Below, piece by piece: positions 1-10,400 of a DNA stretch of 64,000 nt (within the stretch, counting starts at the first letter, position 1; every line of letters starts with the position of its first letter). The DNA is taken from NCBI GenBank assembly GCA_047947115.1, contig CP170459.1, positions 2,624,001 through 2,688,000 on the forward strand, read 5' to 3'. This stretch comes from Verrucomicrobiota bacterium. Its GTDB lineage: Bacteria; Verrucomicrobiota; Verrucomicrobiia; Limisphaerales; AAA164-E04. The notes under the pieces were generated by a model that worked only from the letters and a program-made list of their open reading frames with translations, ran no database searches and had not been told where the DNA came from. Both the position numbers and the translations under genes were made by a program.

Positions 1-3000
1 AGGAGATAGCGGGACAAAGACCTACACCTTCACTGTGACGCTGAATAACGACGTGGACACTTCGGTGGGGGTGAGCTACGCCACTTCGGGCAACACGGCT
101 ACAATGTCTGACAGCGATTACACGTTCAGTTCCGGGACTTTGAATTTTTCGGGAAAATCCGGTGAGACCAAGACATTGACTGTGACGGTGAATGGAGATG
201 GAAAAGTGGAATCAGATGAGTCATTTTTTGTGAATCTCTCCGGCGTAAGCGCTTCAGGGAGAGCTGTCACCATTGCGGACAGTCAAGGCGAGGGAACGAT
301 CACCAATGACGATGTGGCGACGCTGGCGATTAATGACGTCACCCTGAATGAAGGAGATAGCGGGACGACAACCTACACCTTCACGGTGACACTAAACAAT
401 GACGTGGACACCTCGGTGGGAGTGGATTACGCCACTTCGGACAACACCGCCACAACGGCCGACAGCGATTACACCTTCACCTCCGGGACATTAAATTTCT
501 CGGGAGCCTCCGGTGAAACCGAGACATTGACCGTGACGGTGACTGGTGATGGAAAAGTGGAACTGGATCAGTCGTTTTTTGTGAATCTATCCAGCGTGAG
601 TGCGTCGGGAAGAGCCGTCACCATTGCGGACAGCCAAGGCGAGGGAACGATCACCAATGACGATGCGGCGACGCTGGCGATTAATGACGTCACCTTGAAT
701 GAAGGTGATGGCGGGGCGACAACCTACACTTTCTCGGTGACGCTGGACGCGGCGGTGGATACCGGCGTGAGTGTGAACTATGCGAGCGCGGACGGCACAG
801 CGACAACGGCGGGCAATGACTACACAACGAGTTCGGGAACGTTGAATTTCGCTGGAACTGCCGGTGAAACGCAGACCTTGACGGTGACGGTGAACGGTGA
901 CACGCCGGTGGAATTGGATGAGTCATTTTTTGTGAATCTTTTAGGCGTGAGCGCATCGGGGAGAGCCGTCACGATTTCGGACAGTCAAGGCGAAGGAACG
1001 ATCACCAATGACGATGCGGCGACGCTGGCGATTGATGACGTCACCAACACGGAAGGTGATAACGGGACAAAGACCTATACTTTCACGGTGACACTGAACA
1101 ATGACGTGGATACCTCGGTGGGGGTGGATTACGCCACTTCGGACAATACGGCCACAACGGCCGACAGCGATTACACATCGAGTTCCGGGACTTTGAATTT
1201 TTCGGGAACCTCCGGTGAGACCCAGACATTGACCGTGACGGTGAGTGGAGATGTAAAAGTGGAATTGGATCAATCGTTTTTTGTGAATCTTTCCGGCGTG
1301 AGTGCGTCGGGGAGAGCCGTCACGATTGCGGACAGTCAAGGTGAGGGAACGATCACCAATGACGATGCGGCGACACTAGCGATTAATGACGTCACCTTGA
1401 ATGAAGGTGATAGCGGGACGACAACCCACACCTTCACGGTGACGTTGGACAAGGCGGTGGATACTAGCGTGAGCGTGAACTATGCGAGCGTGGACGGCAC
1501 GGCGACAACGGCAGACAATGACTACACAACGAGTTCTGGAACGTTGAATTTCATGGGAGTCGCCGGTGAAACCGAAACCTTCACCGTGTCAGTTACTGGG
1601 GATTCTAAGGTGGAGCTGGATGAGATGTTCTTTCTGCTCCTCTCTGATCTCGGCTCAAACGGCCGCAACGTGAGCTTCTCTGATGATCAAGGTCAGGTTA
1701 CGGTTGCCAATGATGACTCGGCGAGTTTGTCTATCGGGGATGTCTCACTCAAGGAAGGTGGAAGCGGAGATACTTTATTTACTTTTAAGGTTATGTTGGA
1801 TCTGGCTGTGGACAGCGGATTTTCCGTGGATTTTGCTAGTTCGGACTATACCGCGACGATTGCTGACAGTGATTACACGCCATCCAACGGATCCATTATT
1901 TTCGTAGGTGATGCCAATGAGATTCAGACGTTCGAAGTGTTGGTGATTGGTGACCACTGGATTGAATCTGACGAGGCTTTTGAGGTAAAGTTGACCAACC
2001 TCCAGACCTCTGGGCGTGACGTGACCCTCTTGGACAATTTGGCCATTGGGCAAATTTTGAATGACGACCTAGCGGGCATTACCTCAACTCCTGATTCTGA
2101 TATGAGCACTTCCGAAGAAGGTGCCACCCAAACATTGTCTATAAAATTATCCGCACAACCGACCGAGGATGTGGTGTTTTCGCTGCAAAGCTCCGATTTG
2201 ACGGAAGGCGTGATTATTCAAGGCGACCATTTGGTATTTACCTCCGACAATTGGGACACACCCCAGACCGTAATCCTACAAGGAGTTGATGACGTGTTAG
2301 CGGACGGAAACATTGTATATACGGTCATAATTGATGCTTTTGAAAGTAACGATAAAGACTTTGACGGTTTTGATCCGGAAGACCTTTCCGTGGTCAACTT
2401 GGATCTCAACGAGATTCCCATTGCGACCTCTCAAGATCTATCGACTAATGAGGATGTTCAACTCCTTGTCGTTTTAAGCGGAACAGACGTAAATACCGAT
2501 TCCTTGAAGTCGGTAATTACCACCTTGCCTTCACAGGGGCAACTTTATCAGACCGATGATGGCACAAGTCTTGGTGATGCGATCACCGTCGTTCCGATGG
2601 AAGTTTCAGACGATCAGAACCGCGTGATTTACTTGCCGCCTTTAAACAAATATGGCGAAGCAATGGGTGATTTTTCTTTCCGAGTGAATGATGGTCGGGC
2701 TTTATCCGCACCGGCATTGGTTGAAATTGAAGTGATATCGATCAATGACCCTCCAACGCATAATTTGCCGGATTCGGTTGCCGGCGATGAGGATTCTCTG
2801 GTAGCCTTTGGCCTTTCGCGAGGTCTTGGTGTGAGCGTCCAGGATGTGGATGCGGGGTCAGGAAATCTACGAACCACGATTGAGACCGAAGATGGAGTTG
2901 TTGGGCTGTTCGAATCCTCGGGACTGACCTTTTCACAAGGAGACGGGGAATTCGATGCTGTCATGGCCTTCGCCGGTTCATTGACTGAGATCAACAGCGC

Positions 3001-4273
3001 ATTGAACACTTTGTATTTCAGTCCCGCCTCCAATCGAAATGGAATCTTAAAGGTAAGAATCACCACCAACGATTTGGGGAACTCAGGCAATTCTGGACCT
3101 AGAGAAACGACCGATGAAATTGAGATTAATATTTCTCCTGGGAATGATGCGCCTGTTATTGAACCCATCCAAAACATTGAAATGAGTGAGGATGGAATTA
3201 ATCGCATGCTGTTTGCGCAGATTACTGATATGGATAGTTCGGCTGCCGATTTGAGAGTGAAGATTTCAGCAACACCGGTGGGGATCCTTGAGGTTTCTAA
3301 TGGAGTAGTAACGGGATCAGGTGGTCACTACGCCTGCCAGCTAAATTTGATGCCTCTCAAAGAACAGTCTGGTGTCGTCATGGTTTCATTGCAAGTGGCA
3401 GACGGACAAGCTTCGGGTTCCGTCACATTTAGAGTGAATGTGATTGAAGTGGACGATCCTCCTAAAATAGTGGTTGCAAACCCTGTGGAAGGATTGGAGG
3501 ACACTACCATGCATGTTCCGTTTTCCATTATTGATGATATTTCTAAGGGGTCGGTTCTTGTTACTGCGTCGTTCCTTGACTCTAACCTTGTTGCGCCCAA
3601 TGACTTGATTGTAACCGCAGTCGCGGATGGGTTTACAGTGGCCTTGTCGCCGGTTCCTAATGCTAATGGCCAGGGTAAGCTGCGTATTTCACTTAATGAT
3701 GGAAATCATGAGGTTCATCAGGATGTTACTCTGATTTTCAAGGGCACGCCGGACGCTCCTTCAATCGATCCCATTGCCGATTTCGTGAGTCCGGTAGGAG
3801 AGGCTATCGAAGTTTTACTGACGCTTTCAGATGTGGATACGGATGTGACGCAATTAATGGTTACCGCTTCCTCCAATTATCAAGAAGTAATACCGAACTC
3901 CGGACTGACGTTTATCGGAAATGAGGCTCAACGCAAATTGCTTATCCAGCCTACACTGGGCAAAACTGGCATCGTTGAGATTCTTGTGACTACGCAAGAC
4001 CCCGAAGGCATGCAGTATGAGGAACGCTTCCAAGTCTATATTATAGATCCGTCCAAAGGCAAGCCTAGCCCAGTGACCATTCGCTCAGCTCCGGACCCTG
4101 AAGACAAAAACCGTCGAATCGTGTTATCTTGGTTTGGAGAATCTCTTCTTTACGGGGCGAAGCAAATTAGCGGGCCCTATATCCTGATTGATCAAGTTAC
4201 GAGTCCATTTGTGATTCCAATTCCCTGGGAATACAGCTTTTTCAAGTTTGTCCCAGTGCAGGCTCCTCAGTAG
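1..4273 (+). CDS. Giant Calx-beta repeat / cadherin-like surface protein (5' end outside window)
   Basis: Open frame from the window edge. Near-identical 117-aa (351 bp) repeats with the Calx-beta pattern (V..YAT.D.TAT....DY....GTL.F.G..GET.T.TV.V.GD..VE.DE.F.V.L), then NDAP/NDPP-started cadherin-like domains and a short C-terminal beta domain ending SFFKFV. Confidence 0.85.
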   Translation, partial: GDSGTKTYTFTVTLNNDVDTSVGVSYATSGNTATMSDSDYTFSSGTLNFSGKSGETKTLTVTVNGDGKVESDESFFVNLSGVSASGRAVTIADSQGEGTITNDDVATLAINDVTLNEGDSGTTTYTFTVTLNNDVDTSVGVDYATSDNTATTADSDYTFTSGTLNFSGASGETETLTVTVTGDGKVELDQSFFVNLSSVSASGRAVTIADSQGEGTITNDDAATLAINDVTLNEGDGGATTYTFSVTLDAAVDTGVSVNYASADGTATTAGNDYTTSSGTLNFAGTAGETQTLTVTVNGDTPVELDESFFVNLLGVSASGRAVTISDSQGEGTITNDDAATLAIDDVTNTEGDNGTKTYTFTVTLNNDVDTSVGVDYATSDNTATTADSDYTSSSGTLNFSGTSGETQTLTVTVSGDVKVELDQSFFVNLSGVSASGRAVTIADSQGEGTITNDDAATLAINDVTLNEGDSGTTTHTFTVTLDKAVDTSVSVNYASVDGTATTADNDYTTSSGTLNFMGVAGETETFTVSVTGDSKVELDEMFFLLLSDLGSNGRNVSFSDDQGQVTVANDDSASLSIGDVSLKEGGSGDTLFTFKVMLDLAVDSGFSVDFASSDYTATIADSDYTPSNGSIIFVGDANEIQTFEVLVIGDHWIESDEAFEVKLTNLQTSGRDVTLLDNLAIGQILNDDLAGITSTPDSDMSTSEEGATQTLSIKLSAQPTEDVVFSLQSSDLTEGVIIQGDHLVFTSDNWDTPQTVILQGVDDVLADGNIVYTVIIDAFESNDKDFDGFDPEDLSVVNLDLNEIPIATSQDLSTNEDVQLLVVLSGTDVNTDSLKSVITTLPSQGQLYQTDDGTSLGDAITVVPMEVSDDQNRVIYLPPLNKYGEAMGDFSFRVNDGRALSAPALVEIEVISINDPPTHNLPDSVAGDEDSLVAFGLSRGLGVSVQDVDAGSGNLRTTIETEDGVVGLFESSGLTFSQGDGEFDAVMAFAGSLTEINSALNTLYFSPASNRNGILKVRITTNDLGNSGNSGPRETTDEIEINISPGNDAPVIEPIQNIEMSEDGINRMLFAQITDMDSSAADLRVKISATPVGILEVSNGVVTGSGGHYACQLNLMPLKEQSGVVMVSLQVADGQASGSVTFRVNVIEVDDPPKIVVANPVEGLEDTTMHVPFSIIDDISKGSVLVTASFLDSNLVAPNDLIVTAVADGFTVALSPVPNANGQGKLRISLNDGNHEVHQDVTLIFKGTPDAPSIDPIADFVSPVGEAIEVLLTLSDVDTDVTQLMVTASSNYQEVIPNSGLTFIGNEAQRKLLIQPTLGKTGIVEILVTTQDPEGMQYEERFQVYIIDPSKGKPSPVTIRSAPDPEDKNRRIVLSWFGESLLYGAKQISGPYILIDQVTSPFVIPIPWEYSFFKFVPVQAPQ

Positions 4274-4431
4274 CTATGTTCATTTACACACAATGCTAGA
4301 TCAAAAGTATTCGATTACTCGAATAACCCTCAGGCCCTCTGGACCTGAACCGCAAAAACAATGATCTTTTCTGATTTTTCACTTAAAGATCAACCGAATG
4401 AATACAATTATTATAAAAAGTTATTAAATTA

Positions 4432-7400
4432 ATGAATAAATTGAAAACAACGTTCACTCTACTTGGCCTCTTTTTTGTGCTAAATGCTAAAGCGGGTCTC
4501 ACTTTAACAATCGACAAAGCGAACGAGACATTAAGTTTTTCGGGTGTTCAAAATGTATCCTCTGCAAATTTTTATGAGTGGTGGGATAACTCCGGATCTC
4601 TCTATGGCACAGTTCTGAATTTCAGTCCCAATCCAATATCTAATGTGGACGATGCCAATTCCCTGATTGATGTCCATAGCAATAATTTGTATGTTGGCGT
4701 AACTGGCAGTAGTAACTTAACGGGAAATGGTAACACTATTTCTTACTCCTCGTTGACCTCAAATGAAAAATCATACCTTGAGTCCCTTAATGGATCTACA
4801 TTGATAAGTCAAAATTCGCTCGATCCAATCACTATTGTCGTTGTTTCCGGAAGCAATGCCTCTCCTTTGATCGCTACCAATACAGGTGGAACGGTTGCAG
4901 AAGGAGGCACACTTACCATCACCACATCAATGCTCAACGAAGGAGATCCAGACGATTCAGGTGCTGGGCTGACTTACAGTGTGACCACGGCTTCATTAAA
5001 TGGTCGTCTTGAGCTGAGCAGTGCAGCAGGAATAAGCATCTCTTCATTCACACAAGCAGACGTGGACTCAGGGATTGTGCAGTATGTGCATGACAGTTCG
5101 GAGACAACCAGTGATAGCATATCATTGAGTCTTGCCGATGGAGGGGAGAACGGAGCCATAGCAGCCACAGGCACCTTCAGCATCACGATTACACCAGTCA
5201 ACGATGCTCCTGTGGCGACCGATGCGGCAGGGACCCTCACTTACACTGAGAATGATGCGGCGACGGCAATCGATGGCAGCCTGAGCCTAAGCGATAATGA
5301 TGATGTGAACCTGGAAGGGGCGACCATCAGTCTGTCAGCAAATTTTGTGAGTGGAGAGGATGTGTTAGCCTTTGCCAATACGGGGTCCATCAGCGGAAGT
5401 TGGAATGCGACCAGCGGGGTGCTGACCCTGACTGGGACCGACACCAAAGCCAACTACGAGTTGGCGTTAGAGAGCGTGACTTATCAGAACACCTCTGAGG
5501 ATCCGTCGGTCGTCAGTCGCACGGTCAGCTGGGTGGTCAATGATGGGAACAATAACTCGGCTCCCGTCACATCGACCATCTCGGTGGCGGCAGTGAACGA
5601 TGCTCCGTTGATTGTGACCAACACTGGTGGAACGGTTGCAGAAGGTGGTACGCTCGCGATCACCACAGCGATGCTCAACGAAGGAGATCCTGACGATTCA
5701 GGGGTGGAACTGACTTACAGTGTGACCACCGCCTCATCCAATGGTCGTCTTGAGCTGAGCAGTGCAGCAGGAACAAGCATCTCTTCATTCACACAAGCAG
5801 ACGTGGACTCAGGGATTGTGCAGTATGTGCATGACAGTTCGGAGACAACCAGTGATAGCATATCGTTGAGTCTTGCTGATGGAGCAGAGGACGGTGCCAC
5901 AGCAGCCACAGGAACATTCAGCATTACTGTAACCGCAGTGAATGATACGCCGTTGATTGCGACCAACACTGGTGGAACGGTTGCAGAAGGTGGCACGCTC
6001 GCGATCACCACTGCGATGCTTAACGAAGGTGACCCTGACGATTCAGGGGCAGGGTTGGTTTACAGTGTGACCGCGGCCTCATCCAATGGTCGTCTTGAGT
6101 TGAGCAGTGCAGCAGGAACAAGCATCTCTTCATTCACGCAGGCAGAGCTGGACTTGGGGATTGTGCGTTATGTTCATGACGGGTCGCAGACAATCAGTGA
6201 TAGTATATCACTGAGTCTTGCTGATGGAGGGGAGAACGGAGCAACAGCAGCCACAGGCACCTTCAGCATCACGATTACACCAGTCAACGATGCTCCTGTG
6301 GCGACCGATGCGGCAGGGACCCTCACTTACACTGAGAATGATGCGGCGACGGCAATCGATGGCAGCCTGAGCCTAAGCGATAATGATGATGTGAACCTGG
6401 AAGGTGCGACCATCAGTCTGTCAGCAAATTTTGTGAGTGGAGAGGATGTGTTAGCCTTTGCCAATACGGGGTCCATCAGCGGAAGTTGGAATGCGACCAG
6501 CGGGGTGCTGACCCTGACTGGGACCGACACCAAAGCCAACTACGAGTTGGCGTTAGAGAGCGTGACTTATCAGAACACCTCTGAGGATCCGTCGGTCGTC
6601 AGTCGCACGGTCAGCTGGGTGGTCAATGATGGGAACAATAACTCGGCTCCCGTCACATCGACCATCTCGGTGGCGGCAGTGAACGATGCTCCGTTGATTG
6701 TGACCAACACTGGTGGAACGGTTGCAGAAGGTGGTACGCTCGCGATCACCACAGCGATGCTCAACGAAGGAGATCCTGACGATTCAGGGGTGGAACTGAC
6801 TTACAGTGTGACCACCGCCTCATCCAATGGTCGTCTTGAGCTGAGCAGTGCAGCAGGAACAAGCATCTCTTCATTCACACAAGCAGACGTGGACTCAGGG
6901 ATTGTGCAGTATGTGCATGACAGTTCGGAGACAACCAGTGATAGCATATCGTTGAGTCTTGCTGATGGAGCAGAGGACGGTGCCACAGCAGCCACAGGAA
7001 CATTCAGCATTACTGTAACCGCAGTGAATGATACGCCGTTGATTGCGACCAACACTGGTGGAACGGTTGCAGAAGGTGGCACGCTCGCGATCACCACTGC
7101 GATGCTTAACGAAGGTGACCCTGACGATTCGGGGGCAGGGTTGGTTTACAGTGTGACCGCGGCCTCATCCAATGGTCGTCTTGAGTTGAGCAGTGCAGCA
7201 GGAACAAGCATCTCTTCATTCACGCAGGCAGAGCTGGACTTGGGGATTGTGCGTTATGTTCATGACGGGTCGGAGACAACCCATGATAGTATATCATTGA
7301 GTCTTGCCGATGGAGGGGAGAACGGAGCCATAGCAGCCACAGGAACATTCAGCATTACTGTAACCGCAGTGAATGATGCGCCGTTGATTGCGACCAACAC

Positions 7401-10400
7401 TGGTGGAACGGTTGCAGAAGGTGGTACGCTCGCGATCACCACAGCGATGCTCAACGAAGGAGATCCTGACGATTCAGGGGCGGGGTTGACTTACAGCGTG
7501 ACCACCGCCTCATCCAATGGTCGTCTTGAGCTGAGCAGTGCAGCAGGAATAAGCATCTCTTCATTCACACAAGCAAACGTGGACTCAGGGATGGTGCAGT
7601 ATGTGCATGACAGTTCGCAGTCAACCAGTGATACCATATCGTTGAGTCTTGCAGATGGAGGAGAGGACGGTGCCACAGCAGTCACAGGAATATTCAGCAT
7701 TACTGTAACCGCAGTGAATGATGCGCCATTGATTGCGACCAACACTGGTGGAACGGTTGTAGAAGGTGGCACACTCACGATCACCACATTGATGCTCAAC
7801 GAAGGAGATCCCGACGATTCAGGATCGGGGCTGACTTACAGTGTGACCACGGCCTCATCCAATGGTCGTCTTGAGCTGAGCAGTGCAGTAGGAACAAGCA
7901 TCTCTTCATTCACGCAGGCAGACCTGGACTTAGGGATTGTGCGTTATGTTCATGACGGTTCGGAGACAACTAGTGATAGTATATCATTGAGTCTTGCAGA
8001 TGGAGGAGAGGACGGTGCAGCTGCAGCCACAGGAACATTCAGTATTATTATAACCGCAGTGAATGATGCGCCGTTGATTGCGACCAACACTGGTGGAACG
8101 GTTGCAGAAGGTGGCACACTTACTATCACCACATTGATGCTCAACGCAGGAGATCCTGACGATTCAGGGTCGGGGCTGACTTACAGCGTGACCACGGCTT
8201 CATTAAATGGTCGTCTTGAGCTGAGCAGTGCAGCAGGAATAAGCATCTCTTCATTCACACAAGCAGACGTGGACTCAGGGATTGTGCAGTATGTGCATGA
8301 CAGTTCGGAGACAACCAGTGATAGCATATCGTTGAGTCTTGCCGATGGAGGGGAGAACGGAGCCATAGCAGCCACAGGCACCTTCAGCATCACGATTACA
8401 CCAGTCAGCGATGCGCCTGTGGTGACCGATGCGGCAGGGACCGTCGCTTACACTGAGAATGATGCGGCGACAGTAATTGATAGCAGCCTAAGCCTGAGCG
8501 ATGACGATGATGTGAACCTGGAAGGTGCGACCATCAGTCTGTCAGCAAATTTTGTGAGTGGAGAGGATGTGCTGGCCTTTGCCAATACGGGGAACATCAG
8601 CGGGAACTGGAATGCGACCACTGGAGTGCTGGCCCTGAGCGGAAGCGACACCAAAGCCAACTACGAGTTGGCGTTAGAGAGCGTGACTTATCAGAACACC
8701 TCTGAGGATCCGTCGGTCGTCAGTCGCACGGTCAGCTGGGTGGTCAATGATGGGAACGATAACTCGGCTCCCGTCACATCGACCATCTCGGTGGCGGCAG
8801 TGAACGATGCCCCTGTGGCGACCGATGCGGCAGGGACCCTCACTTACACTGAGAATGATGCGGCGACGGTAATCGATGACAGCCTTAGCCTAAGCGATCA
8901 CGATGATGTGAATCTGGAAGGTGCGACCATCAGTCTGTCAGCAAATTTTGTGAGTGGAGAGGACGTGCTGGCCTTTGCCAATACGGGGAACATCAGCGGG
9001 AACTGGAATGCGACCACTGGAGTGCTGGCCCTGAGCGGAAGCGACACCAAAGCCAACTACGAGTCGGCGTTAGAGAGCGTGACTTATCAGAACACCTCTG
9101 AGGATCCGTCGGTCGTCAGTCGCACGGTCAGCTGGGTGGTCAATGATGGGAACGATAACTCGGCTCCCGTCACATCGACCATCTCGGTGGCGGCAGTGAA
9201 CGATGTCCCTGTGGCGACCAATGCGGCAGGGACCCTCGCTTACACCGAGAATGATGCGGCGACGGTAATCGATGACAGCCTGAGCCTAAGCGATAATGAT
9301 GATGTGAATCTGGAAGGTGCGACCATCAGTCTGTCAGCAAATTTTGTGAGTGGAGAGGATGTACTGGCCTTTGCCAATACGGGGACCATTAGCGGGAACT
9401 GGAATGCGACCACTGGAGTGCTGGCCCTGAGCGGAAGCGACACCAAAGCCAACTACGAGTCGGCGTTAGAGAGCGTGACTTATCAGAACACCTCTGAGGA
9501 TCCGTCGGTCGTCAGTCGCACGGTCAGCTGGGTGGTCAATGATGGGAACGATAACTCGGCTCCCGTCACATCGACCATCACCATCACGGCGGTGAACGAT
9601 GCGCCTTCTTTGACCCTATCAGGGCTTGATCCAGATTATCTAGAGGACCAGTCAGCTGTGGCCATCTTTGATATTGCCAACTTCGGTCTTGTAGAAGGTG
9701 GACAAAGAGTAAAGGGACTTGAACTAATCGTTTCAGGTTTGATCGACGGCAGTGATGAGCTGTTTCACATTGATGGAGCATCATTCCCTCTTGTAACAGG
9801 CACCAGCGGGACAACAGCCGCATCAGGTGTGGGTTACAGTGTGAGTGATGTCGAAGGCACACTGACTGTTGTCCTTAACTTTGAAGCAGTCACATTAGAC
9901 GACGCCAAATCCTTGATCGGCAGCATGGGATATTTGAATGCAAATTCGGCTCATGCAAGTGACGGTCAACGCGTATTCACAGGAGTTCGCATGCAGGATA
10001 ATGGCGGTATTGAAAACTCGGGTAATGATACCGTTAAATTTGAGTATTCCTCTACTGTCACCGTCAACTCAGTGAACGATGCTCCTAGTATCGCAGCTCC
10101 CGCCACGATTTCCTTCGATGAGGATACATCCATATTCTTTAATGGTGGGTCAAAAATATCTTTGCAAGACGTGGATGCTATAGACAACAAGATCAAGCTT
10201 ACTTTAAAACCTTACAATGGAAGTTTGGCGGTTGCCTCCACAAGTGATGTGATATTGACGGAACCGGAAAGTTCTGAGGGTAAGGTGTATGTGTTGGAGG
10301 GCAGTATGTCAGCCATCAACAACGCTCTGGTACACCTTGCGTATCATCCGAACCCACAATACTACGGTTTGTCGTCAATGGATCTTAAAGTTGAGGATCT

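Noticed and set aside
4974..9452. Repeated minus-strand ORFs inside the adhesin
   Set aside because: They are antisense shadows of the repeated coding sequence.
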